64,000 nt of DNA from a virus, in the IMG/VR virus record IMGVR_UViG_3300043436_003324; one strand, 5' to 3'. Made by a program: the position numbers and the translations under genes. Numbering within the stretch: position 1 is the stretch's first letter; every line of letters begins with the position of its first letter. Shown here piece after piece: positions 1 to 9,910 of this stretch. The notes beneath the pieces are model-generated. The model saw nothing but the letters and a program-made list of their open reading frames with translations. It did not search any database and was not told where the DNA came from.

Positions 1-1
1 A

Positions 2-892
2 GAAGATATAGATAATGAAACAAATTCGTTAATAAGCTCTTTTAAAGAAATTTTATCTTTATCTGGTCAAGAAAATATAATTAGAGACACTAAAAGGAAA
101 TTAAAGGCCTATGTAGAAAGTGTTGAAAAAGAAATTATAAGAGATTTAGCACAACCAATAAATACTATAACCGATAATGAACAAAACCTAATAAAGACTT
201 TTAACAAACTTAATGTTGTCACAACAAAAAAATTAGGAAACGTAGAACCAATAACAGGTATTGATGGTAAAATTTTACCTGACGGTAATGTTAAGATATA
301 TAACTTAACAGGTGATACTACAGTATTTGAGAAAATGATAACAGATTATTTAACAGTCGCCAAAAAATTAAATGATTATGCGATTGAAAAAAGTGATTTA
401 AAAATAATACCATTACCTAATGAAAAATTTTATGATAATGAAAATTGTTTTGAAATAACAGACTATTCCCTTTCTGAATTAGATAAAGACGAAGATAAAC
501 GTTTATACACATTATTATCACAAACATTTACAAATAAAGATAAATATGAACTATTGTTTATAGAATTTGTCTCAACCCCCGAAATAGAAGCCATATCAGG
601 AGCAAAGGCCGATCTAACAAAAAAATATGACGCTTTAAGGGTGAATTTTGAGGAGGCTTACGGTAGGGATAAAGAAAAAATGACACAAGATTCTAACGAT
701 AATATTCTTAAAGAATTAAAAACTTTTAAATTTGAGGATAATGTGAATAGAAGATTAAAATATGAAACACAACCATTAGATAGTAATGATAGTTTATCTA
801 AAGATAAGAAAACTCAAATCACTCAAATATATGGTCAAACAAATTGGGACAATAAAAAAGATACCTTTGATGGTAAAGTTAAATTAAATTAA
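2..892 (+). CDS. 5'-truncated hypothetical protein, probably tail-associated
   Basis: Frame 2 is open from base 2 (EDIDNETNSLISSFKEILS...) into the tracked ORF 335-892, so the gene starts before the window; lies directly upstream of the LysM/hub genes. Confidence 0.7.
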   Translation, partial: EDIDNETNSLISSFKEILSLSGQENIIRDTKRKLKAYVESVEKEIIRDLAQPINTITDNEQNLIKTFNKLNVVTTKKLGNVEPITGIDGKILPDGNVKIYNLTGDTTVFEKMITDYLTVAKKLNDYAIEKSDLKIIPLPNEKFYDNENCFEITDYSLSELDKDEDKRLYTLLSQTFTNKDKYELLFIEFVSTPEIEAISGAKADLTKKYDALRVNFEEAYGRDKEKMTQDSNDNILKELKTFKFEDNVNRRLKYETQPLDSNDSLSKDKKTQITQIYGQTNWDNKKDTFDGKVKLN

Positions 893-893
893 T

Positions 894-1217
894 ATGGGAT
901 TACAATATTATAATAGGTATAACCAATTTTTAATTAATGGAGAACAAAATATTGTTCCTTTTGTAAAATTAGATACAAAACCGTCAGATAAGAACTATAT
1001 TTATAAAGTCGGACAATCTAGACTTGACAAGATATCACAACAATATTATGGAACACCATTTTTTGGTTGGTTGGTATTAGCAGCAAATCCTCAGTTTGGG
1101 GGTGAAGAATGGAATATTCCTGACGGATCAATTTTACGTGTACCTTTCCCTTTAGTTGGTTCACTACAAGATTATAAAAATACGATAGAAAATTATTACT
1201 TTTATTATGGCGATTGA
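894..1217 (+). CDS. Baseplate LysM/gpX/gp53-like small protein
   Basis: RLDKISQQYYGTPFFGWLVLAANP...IPDGSILRVP is the degenerate LysM pattern of tail-X/gp53-like proteins; immediately precedes the hub gene. Confidence 0.65.
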   Translation: MGLQYYNRYNQFLINGEQNIVPFVKLDTKPSDKNYIYKVGQSRLDKISQQYYGTPFFGWLVLAANPQFGGEEWNIPDGSILRVPFPLVGSLQDYKNTIENYYFYYGD

Positions 1218-4200
1218 AAATGAAAATATTTTAGTAGACTTTGATTACCAGAATATAATAATTATAGATCCCAATAAAATTATAGATAACGACGGTAATG
1301 TAAAAGAACGTGCAGTTAAACATGAAAATTTGGTAATGTATGCAAATTTAGAGTGTAAGGTTTTACCAAGAACAAAATTAATTATTGGGACAACACCTGA
1401 CACAACAGACTTACAAAACTTATCAATAGCAACTATTAATTTTTTAAACCCTGGAAATAAAAAATTTTTAGATAATTCATATACAGATCAAATTACAGGT
1501 AAAGGGGCTTTACAAGGACAAGGAGTTAACCAAGCAAATCAAACTGCGGTAAAAAACCCTAAAAACTCAAATGAGTTTTATTTAAATCAAACTTTTTTAA
1601 GTGAAGGTAAAAATCAAACAACAGACACTGGTTTATTAGGGATTAGAAGTATTAAAGTTAGTACTGAAACAAGTTTAAGAACTGAAGTGTCAATTTCACT
1701 AATTGATGTTAGAGGAAGAGCATTATTTGAATTAGCAGATAATTCGCCCTATGCGGTCTTTTTCCAATTTCCATACCCACCATTTACCTTAACTTTAAAA
1801 GGGTGGTATGGAAAGGCAATTAGATATAAATTACAGTTATCCGATTTTAAAAGTAGATTTGATGCCGAATCAGGAAGTTTTAATATAGACCTAAAATTTC
1901 AACCATATCAATTTACAGTATTAAATGAGATTAAACTTTCCGATACATTAGCATTACCTCACATGTATGAGGCAAATGCAACTGTAACCTCAACACCAAA
2001 TGTTGCTACCCAAAATAGTGTTGCATCAAGTGCAAAATTAACAAGAGGATATCAAAAGATAAGGGAGGTTTACAAAGAGTATAAAAAGAAAAAATTGATG
2101 GATGAAAATATGCCTGAATATACTGTTTATGAGTTTAAAGAAAAACTTAAAACGTTTATTACGGACATATTAAATAACTATCAAAATCAAGAATCTTTAA
2201 GTGCTTTAACTAATTCTGAATTATATCTTAACCAATTAACAGAGTTTAAAAATGAAATATATTATAACAAAGATTCTTGGTATAATCAAAATTTATATAT
2301 ACAAGGACCGTTAGTATTAACATCTTATACTTCTAATAACACTGTTAGTTTTGTAAAAAATTATAAATTTAAGAAAGAAATAGTGACAGGTGGATTAACG
2401 GCCACGACTTTAAATAAATTACAAAGTATAATATCCGATAATTTAAAAAAATTAGGAGATAACCCCACCTTTGGTTCTAGTGCTACCGCAAATTATACTA
2501 TTGCGGGAAAAACAACAGTATCGACAATACCACTTAATATTAAATTAGAAGATTTTTATTATGACAAAAACGATAGTATATTAACAACTAGTGATCCTAT
2601 AGATTATAAACAATCCTACCAATTTATCTATAATACCTCACCAACAGGAGATACCGATCCTAATTTTGTTAAATATAAGACAGAAATCGCGGCTCAATTA
2701 CCGACAGAAAATTATTTTATTTTTGATGGTATAAGTGAGGGAGATAAAAGTTTTATTGAAAAAATTAATGATTTAGAAAAACAGTTAAAAACTAAAAAAA
2801 CTGAAATAGAACAAGAATTAACAAACGCACTTAAAGATACTTTAGAATTAAATCTTGGGTTTAAACCGACCATAAAAAACATGGCCGGAGTTTTGTTAGC
2901 CAATTCAGAAGCGTTTTTAAGAATTTTGGATGAGGTCCATAAAAGTGCTTGGAACAAAAGAGACGACCCAACAAGGAGAAGGGCGATAATAGATAGTGTA
3001 TCTAACAGTACTTCAGTTGATAGACCTAAGATTGCAAGATCTAACTCCCCTGTTTTTCCTTGGCCACAATTTATCGTGGAAGACAATTCTAATCCGAGTA
3101 AAACAACTTATCAATTAAAATACCCCGGAGACTATCCCGCAGAAACAGGATCAAACGATTATAATATTTGGCCCGAAGTTGAATTTGTGGAAGAGTACCT
3201 TTATGGGTTCACACAAAGGAATGCTCAAACTAATTTTATAACAACACAGAACCAAAAAGTTAATTTACCATACACAACTTTAAACTCTATTGAGTATCCG
3301 ATAACTTTTGAAATATTCTCAAGTACTGAAGATGTTAAATTTATATATGAAATATATGAAAGAGTTTTAACCTACGCCTTTTATTCTAAATTAAATAGGG
3401 GTGGTAGTAATGAAAATAGTATCTATAAAGTTATAATAGATATGGAAGCCGAGAATATAAAAAATTCTTTAGGTACAGACAATCCATTTTTAATTGAACT
3501 TTTAAAGAACTATAATTTTAATGCAAGAAACTTTGAATTAATATTAAAACACATCTCAAATGAGGGTAATGGGGAAAGTTGGCAAAATTTTAGAAGAGGG
3601 ATTTATAATACTTCATATCTTAAAAGTGTAACTGAAACCCCATTCTATTTATCTTCATATGAACCACCATCACAACCTGTTCTTGGAAATTCAACAGACG
3701 TTGGTAACTTTCTAAACTCAACAAAAAATAATGAGTTTGATAGAACAGACATTTATCCGTATGTTAACGTTGATTGGGTAAATAAAAATTTAGCAAACTC
3801 ACTTAGTGTTAGTGGAGACACTAAATTAGCATTTAATACTAATAAATCAATTTTTTATAATACGACAATAGTCCAAACTGCCAACTTTAAAGATAATAGC
3901 GATTCTAATTTTGTTAGACCATTTACATATTTTAACAATAATGGAGTTACAGACCCAACAATAAATTTAACCACAAAACAAAGTTTATATAATTTTTATG
4001 AAGAAAGAAGTAAAAAATATGAAAAACAATTTTTAACGGAAGGAACAGTAAATTATGTTGAGTATGATAACGAATTGTTATATAACCAAACAACATCAAT
4101 GTTAAATACCCCATATTTTGTTAACTCAATTTCAAAAGGGGTTGAAAATTTTAGAAATAATAATTTATATCCTTATAAAGAAGCGGCATATTTGTTTTTA

Positions 4201-7200
4201 AATTCATTACCACTAACAACTTTAAGGGAAAAATATAAAAAACTTGACGGTACCGCAACAACTGATTTGGATTATATGTTTGCCACTTTTAAAAAATTTG
4301 GGTCAGTACATAGATTACCATACGCTTGGGTTTTAAAGTACGGATCAATATGGCACAGATATAAAAGTTGGATTGATAATGGATTTGATTTTATGACAAC
4401 CCCTTGGGATAATTTTGACTACACAACAAATTTTGACCCAATAACTCAAAACGTATCAAAGATATATAACTTATCTGGATACACCACAGTTACAACCGCT
4501 AATACCGAAGTATCGTTACAAAGAGATATTACATCAGGATTTTTAACTGCAACTCAAATGAATGTAGGGTTTTACCCAAAACTTATTAATGATTTGAATG
4601 TTTTTTATAATGGGTTAACCCTATTTGAAAACTATACTGATTTAGAAATACAAGAAAATATTGACAGTAAAAAATTGTATTTAAATTTATCCGATAACTC
4701 ATTAATGAATTATGATTTTGGGTTTGATGATGCGGACCCTAATAGAGCTTTAAAGATTTCTACGTTATCAACAATGATTAAGGAGGATTCAGGATCAAAT
4801 TATTTTATTACCCCATCATTTGGATCTAGTTTTAATCAAACAAAATATGAATGTTTTAGTGGTCCACAAGGTCAAGAAAAATTAAAAGTTGAGGTAAAAA
4901 ATAATCCTGCGGTTTTTAACGGATCTGTTAGAATGTTTTGGGCGTTACCAAATTACGGGTATTTTGATAATAATAGATTAGGAATTAATTCACCAGATGA
5001 GTACCTAAAAAGTATTATTCTTGATGAGTCAAAACAACAAAACTTTTTAATAGACGGAGACGTTACAAAATATACAAAAATAGACGAAATATTTTCTATT
5101 TTTGAAAAGAGAGTTTTAGATTTATTCGAAGAACACTTTTTAAATTTTTCTAAATCAAAATATGACTATACCAACATAATAAAAACACCACAGGGAACCC
5201 CATCAGCTGAAGATTCGGTTTTAATAAAGTATAGGAACTTTCAATTATTAGCAACTGAATTATTTAAAGTACCTGAATCGGTTTTTATAAGTGAAAATAT
5301 AAGTGACAACGCAATTACCGCAATTAAAGATAAACAATTAGAATTAGTTTATGATTTACTTAATAAATTTATAAATTACGATCTATTGTTTGATAATGGT
5401 AATCCTTCTTTTTACAATAAAAGAGTATTTTATAGTTTAACTAGTTTACCTTTGGTGGACAAGATAGTACCTAAATCCTATAATTTAGATACCCCATATT
5501 CTTTACCGTCATTAAACGGTACGACTACTTTAGCCCAATCACAGAATGCCTATCCTGATGAGTGGAGAGCTTTAGAGACCTATGTTGGGTTCTCAACAAT
5601 ACCTCAGTTAGAATATACAAATATAGGATCATTTATCACCGATTTCTTTATTGATCTTGATATATCATTTTCTGTTGATAACATTAGAGATTTTGCCCCA
5701 TTAATTAAAATATACGCAACACAAAAATTAAATGATAATACGTTTAATGAGTTTAAATTTAGAGAATTATTAAATAGTCATTTTGAAAGTTGTAATTTGT
5801 TTAAGAATGATATTATAAACACATTAATGCCTGAAGTCCTTAAAAACTTACCTTCACAGGTTATTACCCCACAACCAAATAGGGCGAATTATACTGGAAA
5901 TATTGGTAGAATTGAGACTTGGGAAAAAATGAAGGCATTTAACGATAAATGGATTGCGGGAAATGATTATAAAGAAAATTCTCTTTTTGAAGACTTTTTA
6001 TTTATAGATAGGGCATCAAGAAATATTGCAGGTGAAGTTTATTGTGATGTAGTTGCTTGGAAAGATAAACTTGAAGAATCTATTTTAAAAACCCCTGATA
6101 GACCACTTTGGCAAATATTAAGAGAACTAATAGAGGCGAGTGGATTTACCGTTTTGGATTACGCCGGATATGTTAATTATTATGATGTAAATGATATATC
6201 AGTAAGACCAAACCCATCTAATCAAGGATCAACGTCAATTGCTAATGATATTTTTGGTACATTCTTAAATGTTGATTTTAGAAATTCTAAAAGTAAAATG
6301 GTTTGTACTTTTGCAAATGAATCAAGTAAGAATTTAGATATCCCTAATAGTGACTTTAGAAACGACGTATTCCAAATTAATAGACAATCCGAAAACCCAT
6401 TATTGGAAAATCAAAGTAAAAAACAAGATTGGGGTCAGTCTAATAAATTAGTTGCTTTTAATATGGATGTTGGTAGATTTAATCAAGGTATATTTACAAG
6501 TTTTGACATTAATATGAATTCAGGTCAAAAAACCGCAGAAGAAATAAGAATGTTAGAATATACCGCAAATCAGGCGGGAGGTATTAATGTTACTCCACAA
6601 AGTCAATCAATGTATAATTTTTACAAATATAGAGTATATACTTGTGATGTCTCAATGTTAGGTAATGCTTTAATACAACCAAAAATGTATTTTAACCTAA
6701 GAAATGTCCCCATGTTCTCAGGACCATACCAAATACAAAGTGTTTCACACTCTATTGGACCTGGAAGTTTTACAACATCTTTTTCAGGAACAAGACAACC
6801 CGTTTATGAGATATCGGCTCAAGATTCATATCTACAAACAATATATAAGAATTTTGTTACACCACTTTTAAATAAAGTTAAAAATACAACAAGTGCAAAT
6901 ATAACAACAAACATAATTGGACAACAAAATAGTAAAATGAATACTGTTAACGGACCTAATACCCCAAGTTCAAATCAATGTGGTCAATTCTTAGTTTCTC
7001 CGTTTGATGTATTTAACTACTCCGCATCAACCCAAACAGTAATTTCTGAAGCAAGTATTGTTGACACAATTAAAACAACCGTAAATAGTAAATTACCATT
7101 AGGTAACCAAAATACTGCATTAAGATATTATATATTCATAATCGGATATATTGCTAATTATGATGGAACCACATTTAAAGTGAACTCAAATAATTTTGGA

Positions 7201-7602
7201 AATATACCTTTAAATCAATCACATTTAGGTGATAATGATTTATATATATCAGGAGTAACAAATAGTTACTATTGTCAAAGTAGTGGTAATGGGCAAATAA
7301 TACCAACCGCGGCGTTTAGCTCGGTAACAAATCCAATTACAGTTTTAGTTAATAAATTTTTAAGTTTGGCTAAAAATCCTAATGGAGATACTTTCCTTTC
7401 TAATTTAACTACCGCCCAATTAACCACAAATCCAGCATTATTACCAATCGCCCAAGGGTTTGGTAAATTATATATTACCACATGGCCTAATCTTGTTGAT
7501 GATAATGTGTACTTACAATTACAACCATCTGATCAAACATCATTAAACAATAAAATAATAAGTGCGATTAATAGGGCTAATGGATTAGGATTAGGTGCAT
7601 AA
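1207..7602 (+). CDS. Very large (2131 aa) baseplate hub-like protein (gp27/gpD/VgrG-type)
   Basis: YTCDVSMLGNALIQPKMYFNL...SGPYQIQSVSHSI...FTTSFSG resembles the conserved C-terminal strands of gpD/gp27-like hubs; gene order LysM then hub. Confidence 0.55.
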   Translation: MAIENENILVDFDYQNIIIIDPNKIIDNDGNVKERAVKHENLVMYANLECKVLPRTKLIIGTTPDTTDLQNLSIATINFLNPGNKKFLDNSYTDQITGKGALQGQGVNQANQTAVKNPKNSNEFYLNQTFLSEGKNQTTDTGLLGIRSIKVSTETSLRTEVSISLIDVRGRALFELADNSPYAVFFQFPYPPFTLTLKGWYGKAIRYKLQLSDFKSRFDAESGSFNIDLKFQPYQFTVLNEIKLSDTLALPHMYEANATVTSTPNVATQNSVASSAKLTRGYQKIREVYKEYKKKKLMDENMPEYTVYEFKEKLKTFITDILNNYQNQESLSALTNSELYLNQLTEFKNEIYYNKDSWYNQNLYIQGPLVLTSYTSNNTVSFVKNYKFKKEIVTGGLTATTLNKLQSIISDNLKKLGDNPTFGSSATANYTIAGKTTVSTIPLNIKLEDFYYDKNDSILTTSDPIDYKQSYQFIYNTSPTGDTDPNFVKYKTEIAAQLPTENYFIFDGISEGDKSFIEKINDLEKQLKTKKTEIEQELTNALKDTLELNLGFKPTIKNMAGVLLANSEAFLRILDEVHKSAWNKRDDPTRRRAIIDSVSNSTSVDRPKIARSNSPVFPWPQFIVEDNSNPSKTTYQLKYPGDYPAETGSNDYNIWPEVEFVEEYLYGFTQRNAQTNFITTQNQKVNLPYTTLNSIEYPITFEIFSSTEDVKFIYEIYERVLTYAFYSKLNRGGSNENSIYKVIIDMEAENIKNSLGTDNPFLIELLKNYNFNARNFELILKHISNEGNGESWQNFRRGIYNTSYLKSVTETPFYLSSYEPPSQPVLGNSTDVGNFLNSTKNNEFDRTDIYPYVNVDWVNKNLANSLSVSGDTKLAFNTNKSIFYNTTIVQTANFKDNSDSNFVRPFTYFNNNGVTDPTINLTTKQSLYNFYEERSKKYEKQFLTEGTVNYVEYDNELLYNQTTSMLNTPYFVNSISKGVENFRNNNLYPYKEAAYLFLNSLPLTTLREKYKKLDGTATTDLDYMFATFKKFGSVHRLPYAWVLKYGSIWHRYKSWIDNGFDFMTTPWDNFDYTTNFDPITQNVSKIYNLSGYTTVTTANTEVSLQRDITSGFLTATQMNVGFYPKLINDLNVFYNGLTLFENYTDLEIQENIDSKKLYLNLSDNSLMNYDFGFDDADPNRALKISTLSTMIKEDSGSNYFITPSFGSSFNQTKYECFSGPQGQEKLKVEVKNNPAVFNGSVRMFWALPNYGYFDNNRLGINSPDEYLKSIILDESKQQNFLIDGDVTKYTKIDEIFSIFEKRVLDLFEEHFLNFSKSKYDYTNIIKTPQGTPSAEDSVLIKYRNFQLLATELFKVPESVFISENISDNAITAIKDKQLELVYDLLNKFINYDLLFDNGNPSFYNKRVFYSLTSLPLVDKIVPKSYNLDTPYSLPSLNGTTTLAQSQNAYPDEWRALETYVGFSTIPQLEYTNIGSFITDFFIDLDISFSVDNIRDFAPLIKIYATQKLNDNTFNEFKFRELLNSHFESCNLFKNDIINTLMPEVLKNLPSQVITPQPNRANYTGNIGRIETWEKMKAFNDKWIAGNDYKENSLFEDFLFIDRASRNIAGEVYCDVVAWKDKLEESILKTPDRPLWQILRELIEASGFTVLDYAGYVNYYDVNDISVRPNPSNQGSTSIANDIFGTFLNVDFRNSKSKMVCTFANESSKNLDIPNSDFRNDVFQINRQSENPLLENQSKKQDWGQSNKLVAFNMDVGRFNQGIFTSFDINMNSGQKTAEEIRMLEYTANQAGGINVTPQSQSMYNFYKYRVYTCDVSMLGNALIQPKMYFNLRNVPMFSGPYQIQSVSHSIGPGSFTTSFSGTRQPVYEISAQDSYLQTIYKNFVTPLLNKVKNTTSANITTNIIGQQNSKMNTVNGPNTPSSNQCGQFLVSPFDVFNYSASTQTVISEASIVDTIKTTVNSKLPLGNQNTALRYYIFIIGYIANYDGTTFKVNSNNFGNIPLNQSHLGDNDLYISGVTNSYYCQSSGNGQIIPTAAFSSVTNPITVLVNKFLSLAKNPNGDTFLSNLTTAQLTTNPALLPIAQGFGKLYITTWPNLVDDNVYLQLQPSDQTSLNNKIISAINRANGLGLGA

Positions 7603-7627
7603 TTTAAAACATTTACACCTAACGATA

Positions 7628-7634
7628 TATTTAT
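7628..7634 (+). promoter_or_regulatory. Putative late promoter TATTTAT
   Basis: TATTTATA 15 nt upstream of ATG 7650; same motif recurs before many structural genes. Confidence 0.5.
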
Positions 7635-7649
7635 AATAAAATAATAACT

Positions 7650-7874
7650 ATGAATACAAAATTAATTTTAGACAATTATTTGGGTAAAAACACCAAGATT
7701 TCTGAAAAAGATATGGGTGACGGAACCAAACAAGTTTGTGATTTAGAGACAAACGAATGTTATGTTGTAAGAATGAAAGATGGTCTTATAGAAAGAGTAG
7801 ACAATACTATGAATAAATTTAAAAAAATCCAGGTAGAAACTAAAACTGGTATAAAAACATTATTAAACGGATAA
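7650..7874 (+). CDS. Hypothetical protein (74 aa)
   Basis: ORF after TATTTAT motif, tightly coupled to next gene. Confidence 0.75.
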   Translation: MNTKLILDNYLGKNTKISEKDMGDGTKQVCDLETNECYVVRMKDGLIERVDNTMNKFKKIQVETKTGIKTLLNG

Positions 7875-7875
7875 A

Positions 7876-8577
7876 ATGAGTATAGACAGAAAAATTTTAG
7901 AAGAAATTAGAAGGGTGAATTTTATCACTAATTATATAACAGAACAAGGGGCACCTGAAGATCCTTTGGCGGGTTTAGGTGGAGCACCGGAACCTGAAGA
8001 TCCTTTGGCGGGTTTAGGTGGAGCACCTGCACCTGACGCAGGAGGATTACCCACACCTGACGCAGGAGCACCGGCACCTGACGCAGGAGGAGCACCGGCA
8101 CCTGACGCAGGAGGAGCACCGGCACCTATTGATGTTGCGACAGATCCTGACGTTGAAGAAGTTGGTAAAGAAGGAGAAGAAGAAGGAGAAGAATTAGATA
8201 TTACTGATTTAGTTACCGCACAAAAAAATATTGAGGATAAACAAGAAGAATATTTCCAAAACTTGTTTAAACAATTAGAGGGTATGGACTCTAAACTTAA
8301 AGAAATGGATGGACTAACAAATAGATTAACATCTATTGAAGATAAAATTGAAAAGTACAGACCTAAAACTCCACAAGAAAAATTAGAATTAAGAAGTTTA
8401 GATTCAGGACCATTCAAACAAAAACTATCTGATTTCTTTGTTGATAAACAACAAGAAATGGAACAATCAGGAAAAAATGAATATATTTTAACTACAGATG
8501 AAGTAAAACAATATTCACCAAATCAAATCGAGGACACGTTTAATCAGTACGGCCAAGATGAAGATGATATGATGTAA
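7876..8577 (+). CDS. Hypothetical acidic protein with Pro/Ala/Gly linker and coiled coil (possible head-internal/scaffold-like)
   Basis: N-terminal ILEEIRRVNFITNYITEQ, PEDPLAGLGGAP and APDAGG repeats, acidic stretch, heptad region. Confidence 0.75.
   Translation: MSIDRKILEEIRRVNFITNYITEQGAPEDPLAGLGGAPEPEDPLAGLGGAPAPDAGGLPTPDAGAPAPDAGGAPAPDAGGAPAPIDVATDPDVEEVGKEGEEEGEELDITDLVTAQKNIEDKQEEYFQNLFKQLEGMDSKLKEMDGLTNRLTSIEDKIEKYRPKTPQEKLELRSLDSGPFKQKLSDFFVDKQQEMEQSGKNEYILTTDEVKQYSPNQIEDTFNQYGQDEDDMM
7954..8127 (+). repeat. In-frame tandem repeats (35-bp copies at 39-bp period; 24-bp x2 plus degenerate copies)
   Basis: cctgaagatcctttggcgggtttaggtggagcacc at 7954-7988 and 7993-8027; gcacctgacgcaggaggagcaccg at 8074-8097 and 8098-8121. 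Confidence 0.9.
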
Positions 8578-8581
8578 CATT

Positions 8582-8618
8582 TTTGAGAGGGACATCAGTG
8601 TCTCTCTCAAATTTTTTT
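8582..8618 (+). terminator. Rho-independent terminator
   Basis: 13-bp stem tttgagagggaca / tgtctctctcaaa (one G-U), loop tcag, followed by T7. Confidence 0.85.
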
Positions 8619-8628
8619 AAATACTTTA

Positions 8629-8659
8629 TTGACTACCCTATTTTTTATAACTATATTTT
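8629..8659 (+). promoter_or_regulatory. Putative early/middle promoter TTG-N20-TATATTTT
   Basis: TTG 8629-8631 and TATATTTT 8652-8659 upstream of SSB; resembles the Bacteroidota -33/-7 consensus. Confidence 0.55.
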
Positions 8660-8689
8660 CTACGTAAACCTTTAATAAATATATACACA

Positions 8690-9553
8690 ATGGCGACAAA
8701 CAATGTTTTAGATGCAGTTTTGGCTCAATACGAGACCTCAAAACAAGGTGGTTCTTCTTCCACCTCAAAATTTACACAAGAAGAGAGAATGAAAAAGTAT
8801 TTCGCGGCAATCCTTAAGGATAACGAAAAACAAGGACAAAAAAGAGTCCGTATCTTACCTACACCAGATGGTTCTTCACCATTTAAAGAAGTATGGTTCC
8901 ATGAAATTTTTATCGACGGAAAATGGCAAAAGTTTTATGATCCTGCCAAGAATGACAATGAGCGTTCACCATTAAGTGAAGTTTATGACGAACTAATGTC
9001 AACAGGTAAGGATTCTGATAAAGAACTTGCAAAACAATACAAACCTCGTAAGTTTTATATTGTTAAAGTTATTGACCGAGACAGAGAAGAAGATGGAGTT
9101 AAATTTTGGAGATTTAAGCACAACTACAAACAAGAAGGTATTTTTGATAAAATTATTCCTATCTATAAGGCAAAAGGAGACGTTGCTGATTCCGAAAAAG
9201 GAAGAGACCTTATCCTTGAGTTGACAAAGGCAAAAACTCCAAAAGGAGCATTCTATACCGTAATTCAAACGGTTATGTATGATGATCCTACATCTGTTCA
9301 TGAAGATGAAAACACTATGAATGAGTGGGTTTCTGACAAACTTACTTGGGAGGATGTTTATTCTAAAAAACCTATCGAATACCTTGAGTCAATCGCAAGA
9401 GGAGAAACACCAAGATGGGATTCTGATGCGGGAAAATACGCTTACTCAAATAACGAAGTATCAAATGTTACAATGGGTGGAGGTAAAAAATCAATTAATG
9501 ATGTAAAGGATCCACAGTCTAACGACCAAGTGGATGAAGAATTACCATTCTAA
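8690..9553 (+). CDS. Single-stranded DNA-binding protein, T4 gp32-like
   Basis: KRVRILP...PFKEVWFH, KPRKFYIVKVIDR, GVKFWRF, GRDLILELTK, acidic C-terminus ending DEELPF. Confidence 0.75.
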   Translation: MATNNVLDAVLAQYETSKQGGSSSTSKFTQEERMKKYFAAILKDNEKQGQKRVRILPTPDGSSPFKEVWFHEIFIDGKWQKFYDPAKNDNERSPLSEVYDELMSTGKDSDKELAKQYKPRKFYIVKVIDRDREEDGVKFWRFKHNYKQEGIFDKIIPIYKAKGDVADSEKGRDLILELTKAKTPKGAFYTVIQTVMYDDPTSVHEDENTMNEWVSDKLTWEDVYSKKPIEYLESIARGETPRWDSDAGKYAYSNNEVSNVTMGGGKKSINDVKDPQSNDQVDEELPF

Positions 9554-9559
9554 TTTATT

Positions 9560-9605
9560 GAACTTGGACATCTACTTAGACAAGGTGTCCAAGTTCTTAC
9601 TTTTT
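9560..9605 (+). terminator. Stem-loop / probable terminator after SSB
   Basis: 14-bp stem gaacttggacatct / aggtgtccaagttc, 9-nt loop, followed by ttacttttt. Confidence 0.7.
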
Positions 9606-9619
9606 AAAATCAAAAATAT

Positions 9620-9910
9620 ATGAATAAAATAATTGAAAAAATGTATGAGGCACTATGCTTAAAGTATAGGTCTGAAATGGCGGAAGCCGAAGCGACTATT
9701 TTAATCTATTTCAACAATCCCGTTGCTATTGGAGAACACCCACAACATTTAGAAGAAATAGATAAAGTGATAGAAAAAATGTCAAATGCTAAAGGTAAAC
9801 TTGAAATGTTGGAAATTATTTACAAGTACAACATTAAAAGGGAAGAAAAGTTTGAAATAACTGAGGAAATGTTAAACGTATTAAAAGAACAAAACAAAGA
9901 TGGCAATTAA
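9620..9910 (+). CDS. Hypothetical protein (IGEHP motif, common in T4-like phages)
   Basis: NPVAIGEHPQHLEEIDK motif; clean ORF in the replication operon. Confidence 0.7.
   Translation: MNKIIEKMYEALCLKYRSEMAEAEATILIYFNNPVAIGEHPQHLEEIDKVIEKMSNAKGKLEMLEIIYKYNIKREEKFEITEEMLNVLKEQNKDGN

Noticed and set aside
2712-3086. Antisense ORF inside the hub gene, and the many other short nested ORFs in the track
   Set aside because: Fully nested in long, well-supported CDSs; low-complexity translations with no recognisable motifs
7928-8417. Minus-strand ORFs 7928-8125 and 7932-8417
   Set aside because: Shadows of the GC-rich repeat in ORF 7876-8577; no promoter or independent signal
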